Assembly: GCA_965204235.1 (NCBI GenBank)
Contig: OZ241979.1
Span: 2,744,907 to 2,808,906 of the forward strand
Length of the DNA stretch: 64,000 nt
Origin: an uncultured Candidatus Binatia bacterium
Lineage (GTDB): Bacteria; Desulfobacterota; Binatia; UBA9968; JAJDTQ01
Direction: 5' to 3'
Shown: positions 1 through 8,978 of the stretch, piece after piece
How the letters are laid out: the number at the start of each line of letters is the position of its first letter
Position numbering within the stretch: position 1 is the first letter of the stretch
Position numbers and translations under genes: made by a program
The notes under the pieces: generated by a model
The model's database searches: none
Told to the model about the DNA's origin: nothing
The model's input: only the letters and a program-made list of their open reading frames with translations

Positions 1-642
1 TCGGCGCCGCTCCAGGACGTGGACCTGGCCGCGGCGGAGCTCCAACGGGTCAAGTCGCTGGGGCTCCACGGCGTCGAGTTGCTCAGCAACGTCAACGGCA
101 AGAGCCTGGGGGAGCCCGAGTTTCTGGGCTTCTTCAAGGCGGCCGAGGAGTTGGACGTGCCCCTGTTCGTGCACGCCCAGCACGCCACCTTCATGGACCG
201 CGTGGTGGGGCCGGGGTTCATCGAGAACATCGTGGCTTTCCCCCTCGAAGGCGCGTTGGGCATCGCCGGCATGGTCACCGGCGGACTCATGGAAGCCTGC
301 CCCCGGCTGCGGCTCTGCTTCAGCCACGGCGGCGGCACGTTCACGCAGCTCCTGCCGCGCATGGAGAACGCCTGGCGCAAGAACCCCGGGTTCCGCGGGC
401 TGATGCCCAGGAAGCCTTCCGAGTACGCCCGCATGTTCTTCTACGACGACGTATTCTTCGACAACCGCACCGTGCGCTACCTCATCGACACCGTGGGCGC
501 CTCGCAGGTGGTCATCGGCTCGGACTATCCCTTCAATTTCCGGGACCAGTCGCCGGAGGACGAGTTCGACGACCTGGGGCTCACCGCGGAAGAGCGGGAG
601 TGGGTGAGCTCACGGAACTGCTTGCGGTTCCTGGGCCTGTAA
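1..642 (+). CDS. Amidohydrolase-2 family protein (ACMSD-like decarboxylase/hydrolase), 5-prime partial
   Basis: ORF open from base 1 in frame 1. C-terminal part resembles metal-dependent amidohydrolase_2 proteins (HAQH, SHGGG, GSDYPF motifs). Confidence 0.7.
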   Translation, partial: SAPLQDVDLAAAELQRVKSLGLHGVELLSNVNGKSLGEPEFLGFFKAAEELDVPLFVHAQHATFMDRVVGPGFIENIVAFPLEGALGIAGMVTGGLMEACPRLRLCFSHGGGTFTQLLPRMENAWRKNPGFRGLMPRKPSEYARMFFYDDVFFDNRTVRYLIDTVGASQVVIGSDYPFNFRDQSPEDEFDDLGLTAEEREWVSSRNCLRFLGL

Positions 643-821
643 CGCCGTCCCCGGGGATTCGAAGCGAACGAAGGGGCATCACCGCGGCCAGCCTCCGGTT
701 CAGGGGGGTGAACTTCGACCTCGCCCACGGCACGCTGCCGGAGCGTCAGGCCGAGGCCGCGGCGTCGAACGAAACGGGCCGACGGTCCATTGCGCGGCGC
801 GTCGGCCGGGATGCTCGAACC

Positions 822-1013
822 ATGAGACTGATGACCGCCCACAAGATCCTCATCGGCACGTCCGTCGTCTTCTTCGTGTTCTTCAGCGGGTGGGAGTTGA
901 CGAACTACCTGGAAGCCGGCGGGGTCGGGGCGCTGGCCCGCAGCGCGCTCTACCTCTGCGTGGCCGTGGGTTTCGCGGTCTATTTCAGGTCCCTGAAGAA
1001 CAAGGTGCTGTAA
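822..1013 (+). CDS. Small hydrophobic (membrane) protein, hypothetical
   Basis: ATG at 822 inside ORF 600..1013. 63 aa with two hydrophobic stretches (ILIGTSVVFFVFF, LYLCVAVGFAVYF). Confidence 0.4.
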   Translation: MRLMTAHKILIGTSVVFFVFFSGWELTNYLEAGGVGALARSALYLCVAVGFAVYFRSLKNKVL

Positions 1014-1014
1014 C

Positions 1015-1281
1015 GTGGCCCCGGACTCCTTCATCGTTCCCGTTACCGAGGAGGAGATCCGCCGGGAGCGCTCGAAGGCGCGGGAACTGCGGAACAGCCA
1101 GTGGTGGAAGAACCGGAAGAGCCGGGGACTGTGCGCTCATTGCGGCGGCCGGTTCTCCCCCGGGGACCTGACCATGGACCACCTGGTCCCCATCGTCCGC
1201 GGCGGCAAGAGCACCAGGGGCAACGTCGTTCCCAGTTGCCGGGAGTGCAACAGCGCCAAGCGGCACAGCCTGCCTTTCTGA
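1015..1281 (+). CDS. HNH endonuclease (small, stand-alone)
   Basis: 88 aa with CAHCGG...DHLVPIVRGG...N..PSCRECN, a classic HNH/Cys-box pattern. Confidence 0.8.
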   Translation: MAPDSFIVPVTEEEIRRERSKARELRNSQWWKNRKSRGLCAHCGGRFSPGDLTMDHLVPIVRGGKSTRGNVVPSCRECNSAKRHSLPF

Positions 1282-1287
1282 TCCCTG

Positions 1288-1590
1288 TCAACCCGCAGGT
1301 TTCCTCGATTCGTGCCTCTTCCAGTCGGGCACGTAGGCCGCCATCAATGCCTTGTAGAGCCTGCCGTGGTTGGGCACGCGCAGGTGCAGCAGCTCGTGGA
1401 CGATGACGAAGTCCTGGAAGCCCTCGTCCTGATCCTCCAGGTCCGCGGCCAGGGTCACGGTTCCCGACGTGGAGCAGGAGCCCCACTTCCGCGTCATCGG
1501 TTGCACCCGAACCCGCTGCGGGCGGACGTTCAACCGCCACTTCCAGTACTCGACGCGGCCGCGAAGGGCCTCGCGCCGGTGGTCACTCAT
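1288..1590 (-). CDS. M48/DUF45 (YgjP-like) zinc metallopeptidase, short form, coupled to hsdR
   Basis: WGSCS...VIVHELLHL motif. Start overlaps the hsdR stop by 8 nt. Confidence 0.75.
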   Translation of the reverse strand: MSDHRREALRGRVEYWKWRLNVRPQRVRVQPMTRKWGSCSTSGTVTLAADLEDQDEGFQDFVIVHELLHLRVPNHGRLYKALMAAYVPDWKRHESRKPAG

Positions 1591-4528
1591 CCGCGTCCGT
1601 TCCCAGGAGGATCGCCAGGATTCGCTCCACGACGCGGCTCCGTTGGTCCTTGTCCAGGTTTACCAGCGGGCTGTAGAGGGCGGCCCGCAGCCTTCTTTGC
1701 TCGTCGGCGTTGGAGCTTGCGTTGGGAAAGCGGGCCAGGAGCGTCTCCGACTGTCGCGCCAAGTCCAGGGCAACGATGCCCGCGGCCTTGAGTTCCGCAT
1801 GGTCCTTCAGCGCCCAATGGACCCCGAACGCACGCGGCGAAAGCCCGCTGTTCCTTGCGGCTTCCATGGCCGCATCCCTCTCGCCGGCGAGGGCGGCCAG
1901 CCGGTCCATTGCCGCGAGCCCGGTGGTCTTGCGCTCCTCCAGGTCCTTCAGGATGCTCTCGGCGCGCTCCTTCAGGGGCCGCAGCACGGCCTCCAGGTTC
2001 GGCCGGTTCTCGACCTCCTGCCGGAGGCCGCGCACGAGATCGAACACCTTGGCCTCGGTCGAACCCGACTCGCCGCGCAGCGTTTCGAGGGTGTTCAGGT
2101 CGAAGGTGACGGTCTTCGCCACGTAGCCGAGGCCTTGCTGGACCGCTTGGTCCTGCACCAGGAAGCGCGTCTTGTTGGCCAGGTCCACCGCATAGTCCAC
2201 GCGGTTCGCATAGGCGTTGCGCACGGCAGAGTAGAGGCCGGTGAGCCGCCGGAAGGTCTCGATATGGTCGCGCAGTTCGGGCGCGGGAGACAGGATCTCC
2301 CAGAGCGCTTCGATTTCCTTGTAGGCCTCGAAGAACGCCTTGCGCGGTTCCGGGTCGAGGAAACGGCCATAGACGGTCTCTTCGAGGCGTTCGTCCGCGC
2401 TGCCGCTCCTCGCGGCCCCGAGGTAATCCGCGTTCGCCCGTTCGACCCTCTCCAGGAAGTCTTCCATCAGGACGTCGAGTTCCTCGATCACGCCGCTCAC
2501 GTCGGAGGAGTCGAAGCGCAGCGCCTTGCGCAGTTCGCGCAGCACGCCTACGAAGTCCACCACGAGGCCGATGCGCTTGCGCGCGCCGTTGGCGTCCGCG
2601 TACGGGCGGTTCACGCGCGCGATGGCCTGGAGGAGCACATGGTCGCGCATGGGCTTGTCGAGGTACAGGCAATAGAGGACCGGCGCGTCGTAGCCCGTCA
2701 GCAGCTTGTCCGTCACGATGAGGATCTTCGGGTCTTCGCCCGCCTTCTTGAAGAGGAGGCGGGCGTCCGCCTCGCGCTCGGGCGAGAGCTGGAGCTCTGC
2801 GACCAGCGGGCGGTCCACCGCGTCTGCGGCGTTCTCGGTATAGACCGCCGCGGACCACGCGGGGGGCAGCCGCCGGTCGAGAGCGCGCTTGTACTTGGCG
2901 CAGGCCTCCCGGTTCACGCCCACGAGGAACGCCTTGTAGCCCAGCGGCGCCACGTTGTGTCGGAAATGGTCGGCGACGAACCCGGCTACCTTTTCGATGC
3001 GGTCGTCCGCGGTCAGGAAGGTCCGCAGGCTTACGGCGCGGTCGAGGACCTTGTTGAGTTCTTCCACGTCGGTGACCCCCTCGGCCTCCGCCAGGGCAAA
3101 GAACTCCCGGTCCAGCCGTTCCGCCGGCACCGTCATTTCGCTGGGCGCCATGTTGTAGCGGATGGGCAGCGTGGTCTCGTCTTCGATGGACTCGGCGATG
3201 GTGTATTTGTCGAGGTAGCCCCGATGGTCCTCGGCGCCGAATATCTTGAAGGTGCCTTCCCCGTGCGCCGTCCGGTCGATGGGCGTGCCGGTGAAGCCGA
3301 TGACGGTGGCGTTGGGCAGGGCCGCCATCAGATAGACGCCCAGCTCCTTTGCCACCGATCGGTGCGCCTCGTCGATGAACACATAGACGTTGCTGCGGGT
3401 GTTGGCGTCCTTCTCCATGCCTTCGAACTTGTGGATCATGGAGAGGATCAGGCCGCGCCTGTCGGCCTTGAGCATGTCCCGAAGTTCGGCCCTGGAGTCC
3501 GCGCGCCACACCGGGATGTCCTGCTGCTGCATCTCGCCCAGCAGCCGTTCGACCCAGCCCTTGAGTTGTCCTTCCAGGTCCGTCCGGTCCACGACCACCA
3601 GCACCGTGGGCGTGTGGAACCCCTCCGCGTGTTCCAGGAGTCGGCGCGCCGCGGTGAGCAGCGTAAAGGTCTTGCCGGAGCCTTGCGTATGCCAGATGAG
3701 CCCGCGGCGTTTGGCCGGCTCGGCGCAGCGTTCCACGATGTGGTCCACCGCCCGGCGCTGGTGCTGGCGCAGCACCGACTTCCGCGTCTCCCCGTCCTCG
3801 ACGTAGAACAGGATCCAGTCCCGCAGCGTGCGCAGGAAACCGGCGGGCTCGAAGAAGGACTGGACGGCGAAGCGGTAGCTCTCGTCCGGACGCTCCTTCC
3901 ATCGCGCCATGAAGCGGCGCGAGGCGTTCCAGGTGACGCCGTACCAGTAGTCGAGGAGGTGCGTGACGTTGAAGAGCTGCGCCGACCCCATCAGCTCGGG
4001 CGTCTCCAACTCGTAGCGCCGCAACTGCGCGACGCCCCGCTCGACGGCGTCGGCGTCCCTCGGGTTCTTGTGCTCGACGATGGCCACAGGCACGCCGTTG
4101 ACCACGAACATCAGGTCCGCGCGGTTGCCCTTGCGGGCCGGGGGCTTGACCTTCCACTCCCAGGTGACGTGGAGGACGTTGGCGCCGGGCGTCCGGAAGT
4201 CGATGAGTCGGACGGGGCGGTGACGCTCCTCGGCCTCGTCGTACCATTGCCGCTCGCCGCGCAGCCAGGCGAGCATCTCGCGGTTGCCCTCGATGGTCGG
4301 CGGCAGCGCCTCGATCCGCTCGACCGCGGCGCGCGCGGCATCGCCGCCCAGCCACGGGTTGAACCGACGCAGCGCCGTTTCCACCTCGCCGCGGAACAGC
4401 ATCCCGGCCTCGCCCCCGCGCTTGCGCAGCGCGGCCCCCGGCGAAAGCGGCTTCCATCCCACCTCCGAGGCGTGGCGGATCATGGGGAACTGGACGGTTC
4501 CGCCCTCGCTGATTTCGAGTTCCGTCAT
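1583..4528 (-). CDS. hsdR: Type I restriction enzyme R subunit (HsdR)
   Basis: ~980 aa with SF2 helicase motifs ([17 protein letters not shown]) and an N-terminal Type I nuclease region. Start taken at MTELEIS (ATG 4528). Confidence 0.92.
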   Translation of the reverse strand: MTELEISEGGTVQFPMIRHASEVGWKPLSPGAALRKRGGEAGMLFRGEVETALRRFNPWLGGDAARAAVERIEALPPTIEGNREMLAWLRGERQWYDEAEERHRPVRLIDFRTPGANVLHVTWEWKVKPPARKGNRADLMFVVNGVPVAIVEHKNPRDADAVERGVAQLRRYELETPELMGSAQLFNVTHLLDYWYGVTWNASRRFMARWKERPDESYRFAVQSFFEPAGFLRTLRDWILFYVEDGETRKSVLRQHQRRAVDHIVERCAEPAKRRGLIWHTQGSGKTFTLLTAARRLLEHAEGFHTPTVLVVVDRTDLEGQLKGWVERLLGEMQQQDIPVWRADSRAELRDMLKADRRGLILSMIHKFEGMEKDANTRSNVYVFIDEAHRSVAKELGVYLMAALPNATVIGFTGTPIDRTAHGEGTFKIFGAEDHRGYLDKYTIAESIEDETTLPIRYNMAPSEMTVPAERLDREFFALAEAEGVTDVEELNKVLDRAVSLRTFLTADDRIEKVAGFVADHFRHNVAPLGYKAFLVGVNREACAKYKRALDRRLPPAWSAAVYTENAADAVDRPLVAELQLSPEREADARLLFKKAGEDPKILIVTDKLLTGYDAPVLYCLYLDKPMRDHVLLQAIARVNRPYADANGARKRIGLVVDFVGVLRELRKALRFDSSDVSGVIEELDVLMEDFLERVERANADYLGAARSGSADERLEETVYGRFLDPEPRKAFFEAYKEIEALWEILSPAPELRDHIETFRRLTGLYSAVRNAYANRVDYAVDLANKTRFLVQDQAVQQGLGYVAKTVTFDLNTLETLRGESGSTEAKVFDLVRGLRQEVENRPNLEAVLRPLKERAESILKDLEERKTTGLAAMDRLAALAGERDAAMEAARNSGLSPRAFGVHWALKDHAELKAAGIVALDLARQSETLLARFPNASSNADEQRRLRAALYSPLVNLDKDQRSRVVERILAILLGTDADE

Positions 4529-4606
4529 GGCCCGATCAGGGCGTCGAGGATGTTGCCAGCATCCGGGCAAGGCCGGTTCGATACGAATGAGTCGGCGCGC
4601 TTGCTG

Positions 4607-4641
4607 ATAGCGCCCCCCATAGCGCCCCCATGGCGCCCCCC
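4607..4641. repeat. Three tandem 11-12 bp units ATRGCGCCCCC(C) (iteron-like), distal set
   Basis: atagcgcccccc / atagcgccccc / atggcgcccccc read directly, 79-113 nt upstream of the hsdR ATG. Confidence 0.8.
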
Positions 4642-4706
4642 GAGCGCCTTTGTTGCGTCCCTATAACCACTTGAAATGTCATGTGATTTTCTTCCTCGCA
4701 CATCTC

Positions 4707-4739
4707 ATGGCGCCCCCTATAGCGCCCCATAGCGCCCCC
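4707..4739. repeat. Three tandem units ATRGCGCCCC(C), second set, same orientation
   Basis: atggcgccccc t atagcgcccc atagcgccccc. Separated from the first set by a 65-bp AT-richer spacer. Confidence 0.8.
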
Positions 4740-4775
4740 ATGTGGGTCTCGTGCCTCCGAGCGTGACAACCCATA

Positions 4776-4843
4776 GGAGACCTCTGAACGATTGCCTCCG
4801 TTCGTCCTGAGCGTAGCGAAGCGAAGTCGAAGGACGCGCTTTG
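4776..4843 (+). repeat. MITE-like repeat copy 1 (left half only)
   Basis: ggagacctctgaacgattgcctccgttcgtcctgagcgtagcgaagcgaagtcgaaggacgcgcttt matches the family consensus. Right half missing. Confidence 0.8.
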
Positions 4844-5588
4844 GCACAGGGCGTTGGCCAGCGCTTCCCGCGGCGCGGCACAACGCGCCATCGCGCAACA
4901 GTCCGAGTCCGCGCAGGAGTTCCTGGGGGTCCATGCTTCCCGGCTCTGCCAGTCTGCCGCGCCGGATCGCCTCGGCAACCGTGCGGCGAATCTCGTCCGC
5001 GTCGAGGTCTTCGACCCGCCAGCCGGCTGCTGTCCGGTTCTCCCAGCGCCGTTCGCTGTGCATGCGCTCGAACAGCATCCGTCCGTACTCGTCGGACGAC
5101 AGGGCCACTGTGGCATTCCCGATCCGGCGGTAGGCGGCGCCGCGGTAGGTGTAGGGCTGCGTCGGCCCCCGGCTCACGATGATCGCGACGACCTCGCGGT
5201 CGCCCTTCACGCGCACCCGCTCGACCGCGGGAAACGCCGGCGGTTCGATCCTCCGGATCTCGGCGCTGACCTCTTCGATGGTTCTTTCCCCCACCTGCTG
5301 GCCTGTCACGTTCCCGTCCGGCGTCACGCCGAACAGCACGTGCCCGCCCCGCTGGTTGAGCATGGCGCAGACCGTTTGAGCCGCCTCGCGGCGCATGCCT
5401 GTGGTGGCCTTGAACTCCAGACTTTCGGACTCGCCGGAGGCGGCCAAGGTGGTGATCTGGTCAGAGGTCATGGAGTGCATCCGTAATCGGACTTGCCTCG
5501 TGCCGTTGGCTTGTTCCGCACGTCGGTTGTCCGTTCAAAACGCTTGACACAGGCTTCCGTCAGGGGATAAGGTAAACCACTTTCAAGT

Positions 5589-5647
5589 CCCTCCCTGACG
5601 ACAAGGGCCCAAGGGGCCCTCTCCGGCGACGGAGTAGTCAGGGAGGG
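5589..5647. other. Nested inverted repeat (11-bp outer stem, inner GGGCC/GGCCC hairpin)
   Basis: ccctccctgac (5589-5599) is the perfect reverse complement of gtcagggaggg (5637-5647). Lies between the SLOG-like stop and the AlbA_2 remnant start. Confidence 0.6.
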
Positions 5648-5738
5648 CATCCTCTCCTGCCTCTCTGCGAAGATTCTCACTTGCCAATCAGGAATTGGCC
5701 CGTCTCATCGGCCGGCTCAAGTCGTCTATGCATTGTTT

Positions 5739-6575
5739 CTATCCTTTCCGAACTGAGCTGCCGCGAGTTCCAGAATTGCGCAGCCGGCGAAGCCCTTGCA
5801 TGACCAAGGTGACGGCTTGATCGAGATGCGGGGTGCAGGCGAGTACCTGGTTCTCTTCCGTGGAAAGCCCATTGTTCAAATCGTTTTGCGTATAGCGTTT
5901 GAACTGCTTACGACCCGGCCAAGGTGGACGAGAGCCTGCCCAGGTATCCACAAGTCCAACGGTTTCTGCGATGTCACGGGTACAGCCGCCGAAGCCGCCG
6001 ATCAGAAAGAGCGGCTGACCGACCTCAAGCGACAGCAGGGCTTCTTCTGCGATGCCCGGCATATTCCCTTTATAGCCTTCTACCCGTCCGCCGAGCACGA
6101 TGCGGGCATCCGTCTCTCCCCGCATGGTCCTCCGCATCGCCGTCAGTCCCGGTCCCCATTCGTGCTCGTCTGGTTCATGTGACGGCAAGGTGTGGCGATC
6201 TTCCATTGACATCCACCGGCCGTCCTGTCCGATGAGGGCAAGTTGAGCGAATCCTTGGAGTTCAGCGGCGAGCGTGTCCAGGTCGGTAGCCTTCATACGG
6301 ACATGGACCGGCCATGCCAGGTAGTCAATCACCCTCGCGTCAGTATCCTCCTGCCGTCGATAGCGCATGACCAACTCGAACAGCAGTTCCGTAAAACCAC
6401 CGAGCCGCAGATCGCCGCCGTAGGCCAAGTTCGACCCCGAGGCGAGAAGATAGATCGCAAACTCCGCCACAGCCTCCCGCAAATGGCCTTCACTGAATCC
6501 GAGCACGGCCATATCAGGACTGTCGGACATGGAAATGGCGATGATTTTTGGCGGTTGGGCGTCGATTGCGCTCAT
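5739..6575 (-). CDS. SLOG/LOG-like Rossmann-fold protein (putative nucleotide-signal sensor), stand-alone
   Basis: 278 aa with glycine-rich motifs AYGGDLRLGG and LIGGFGGCTRDIAE reminiscent of the LOG/SLOG PGGxGTxxE. Its ATG is 4 nt from the stop of the TIR gene. Confidence 0.5.
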   Translation of the reverse strand: MSAIDAQPPKIIAISMSDSPDMAVLGFSEGHLREAVAEFAIYLLASGSNLAYGGDLRLGGFTELLFELVMRYRRQEDTDARVIDYLAWPVHVRMKATDLDTLAAELQGFAQLALIGQDGRWMSMEDRHTLPSHEPDEHEWGPGLTAMRRTMRGETDARIVLGGRVEGYKGNMPGIAEEALLSLEVGQPLFLIGGFGGCTRDIAETVGLVDTWAGSRPPWPGRKQFKRYTQNDLNNGLSTEENQVLACTPHLDQAVTLVMQGLRRLRNSGTRGSSVRKG

Positions 6576-6832
6576 TGCTCAATCCTCCATCAGCCAATCG
6601 GCCAAGGTGTACAGACGCACGCCGGGAACGATGTCGGCAAAGAGCCGTATCTCTTCCAAGCCCAATGGGGGACCGGGATAAACGAGAGTACGTTCGGCGG
6701 CGCCGGCATTATCCATCAAGTTCGAGAGCAAAATCAACTCCGGCGGTCGTGCCGTGAACATGACCTGCGGATGTGAGCCACGGAACCCTTCAATCCGCTG
6801 CCGCCAAAGGAAATCCTTGAACAATTCGTCAA

Positions 6833-8062
6833 GGAACCTCTGAACAATTCAGGAATTGAGATGGAGGCATTCCAGATGCAGTTGATGGGAACGTCATGAG
6901 TATCATTTGGCGTCGGAGGGCGGTGTAGAAACGAGGATCCGGGTGTCGATCGAGGGTTTGAGCACCCCTGGAAGCATGTTCCAGGGGTGCTTTCCCTGCA
7001 TTCTACGCAGTCGCACGCAATAATTCCCTCTTCGCCATCAGCATGTTGACCAAAGCACAAGTGATGAGCAAGTAATGCTCATTCTTCCACAGCCCCTTGT
7101 ACCTGAGCCGGGTGAACCCGAATCGCCTCTTCATCACCCCGAACACATGCTCCACCTTCGCTCGCACACGCGACTTGCTCCGGTTCCGCCTCCGATCCTC
7201 TTCCGTCAAAGGTCGATTCCTCTGTCCCTTCCGGTGGGTAAAGTCCTGAGCCCTCGGCGCCCGCTCCCGGATCACCTTGCCCTGTCCCCCATACGCCGAG
7301 TCTCCCCACACCCGCGTCTCCCGCCCGTGCAACAACTCCCCCAGCTTCTGCGAATCATGCACGTTCGCCGCCGTCGCCACCACCGAATGGATCTGCTTCG
7401 TCCGACTGTCCACCCCCACGTGCGCCTTCATCCCGAAATACCACTGATTCCCCTTCCGCGTCGAATGCATCTCCGGATCCCGCTGCCTCCCCTTGTTCTT
7501 CGTCGAGGCCGCCGCCTGCAGGATCGTCGCATCCACAATCGTTCCCGTCGATACCTTCAGCCCCTTCTCTTCCAGATGCCCATTCACCTTGCGAAACACT
7601 TCCTTCCCCAACTCATGGCGCTCCAACAAGTGCCGAAACTTGCAGATGGTCGTCTCATCCGGCACACGCTCCTCTCCCAAATCCACCCCCACGAACTCCC
7701 GCATGGCTCGCGAATCATACAGCGCTTCCTCCACCCCGGGGTCCGACAGGCTGAACCAGTGCTGCAAAAAATGAATCCGCAACATCCGCTCGATCCCCAC
7801 CGGGCGCCGTCCCGCTCCCGGAGGCTGCGGATAGTACGGCTCCACCGCCTCCACCAACTCCTCCCACGGGATCACCCCGTTCATCTCCTCCAGGAACTTC
7901 GCCTTCCGCGTCTGCCTGCCGTACTTCTCGAAATTCACCGCCCCGAACGTCCGCTGCTGCATTCCGATAGCCTCCCTCTCCCTGATATCCTCCGATTCTA
8001 CTCCTTGCCTTTTCTTTTCGCTACCATTATCCTCCCGCGGAGGGGAATAAATCAGAGGTTCC
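6833..8062 (-). mobile_element. IS5-family insertion sequence (1230 bp) with 4-bp target duplication TCAA
   Basis: Ends GGAACCTCTGA (6833-6843) and TCAGAGGTTCC (8052-8062) are inverted repeats. TCAA at 6829-6832 and 8063-8066. One DDE transposase ORF inside. Confidence 0.88.
7003..7962 (-). CDS. IS5-family DDE transposase
   Basis: 319 aa from MQQRTFGAVNFEKYG. Has the typical IS5/IS4 N-terminal region (RMLRIHFLQHWFSLSD) and DDE_Tnp_1 region (IVDATI...WGDSAY...VEHVFGVMK). Confidence 0.9.
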   Translation of the reverse strand: MQQRTFGAVNFEKYGRQTRKAKFLEEMNGVIPWEELVEAVEPYYPQPPGAGRRPVGIERMLRIHFLQHWFSLSDPGVEEALYDSRAMREFVGVDLGEERVPDETTICKFRHLLERHELGKEVFRKVNGHLEEKGLKVSTGTIVDATILQAAASTKNKGRQRDPEMHSTRKGNQWYFGMKAHVGVDSRTKQIHSVVATAANVHDSQKLGELLHGRETRVWGDSAYGGQGKVIRERAPRAQDFTHRKGQRNRPLTEEDRRRNRSKSRVRAKVEHVFGVMKRRFGFTRLRYKGLWKNEHYLLITCALVNMLMAKRELLRATA

Positions 8063-8978
8063 TCAAGAAGGAGTGAGGCGACCTGATCCATCCGGTCTCT
8101 GTTGTCGGGGTTCATGCGGATGCTCGGTACATTTCCGAGGTATGGGAAAGCCCGCTCGTCAACCGTTTGCAGGCAGTTGACTACCACCATCGGAACATTT
8201 CTGCGTTTCGCCTCTATCACTTCATGGCGGCACCACTCCCGAGAGGAGTAAGAGTCGGTATAGACGGTCACCATGGCGCCATCCTGAATGGAGTCGTCTA
8301 TGACGGAGGAGAAGGACAGCCCTGGCGGTATATCATGGACATCGAGAAAGCTCGATAACGCGCTGTTGTTGTGAAGCCAGTCACGGACGGCTCTGGCGAC
8401 TACATCTCCATGATCGTCGTGCTTGGAGTGGCTGAGGAAGACCTGGATGTTCTGCCGGTAGCGCTGAAGGTCGCCTCTATCGTCGGTATGTTGTCCCAGG
8501 CGATGTCTGAGCATCCGACTGAACTCATAAGTGAGGTCTCGGCAAAGCCGTTGTTCTCGTTCGAGATGGCTTCCCTTCCAGCGGTCCCAGCGTAGCGCCT
8601 GTATGTCAAGACCGATGTCGAGGCTTCCCGCTTCCAGCGCGACGGGAAACACGCGAGCGCCAAAGCCTTTCTCCTCGGCCTCTCTTGTGAGTTCTCTGAC
8701 GTACTGCGTCCACTCGGGGTCGTTCGCAAGCGCGTTGTCCAGCAGCACTACTGCAGCCGTGGTTTCGGCTTCGCTCCAGTCAACGGGCAGAGGGGTAGTG
8801 GAACCCGGGGCGTTGATGTTGCGAAAAAGGACCGTAACACCGGCTCCGCCAACAACGTTGCGATAGCGGTCGGTGCCGAAGTGGTGGCGAAGATAGGCGG
8901 CGATTCTCTCTCCATCAGCGTATCCGGGGTGCCAGACGACGTAGAGCGTGAAGGGAGGTCGGCTCATGATTTCCACGA

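Larger units (their letters stand above)
4536..5480 (-). pseudogene. AlbA_2 (Schlafen-like DNA-binding) domain protein, truncated. The 3-prime ~110 codons are read-through of a MITE and an iteron array.
   Basis: N-terminal ESESLEFK...GGHVLFGV...EPPAFP AlbA_2 pattern, paralogous to 11586..12878. Similarity stops near 4870. The ORF then translates the MITE (KRVLRLRFATLRTNG) and the ATRGCGCCCCC repeats. Confidence 0.6.

Noticed and set aside
1469-4666. 1065-aa plus-strand ORF covering the hsdR region
   Set aside because: It is antisense to a well-supported HsdR gene. The product is low-complexity (Arg/Ala/Gly/Pro/Leu-rich) with no motifs, a typical high-GC shadow ORF.
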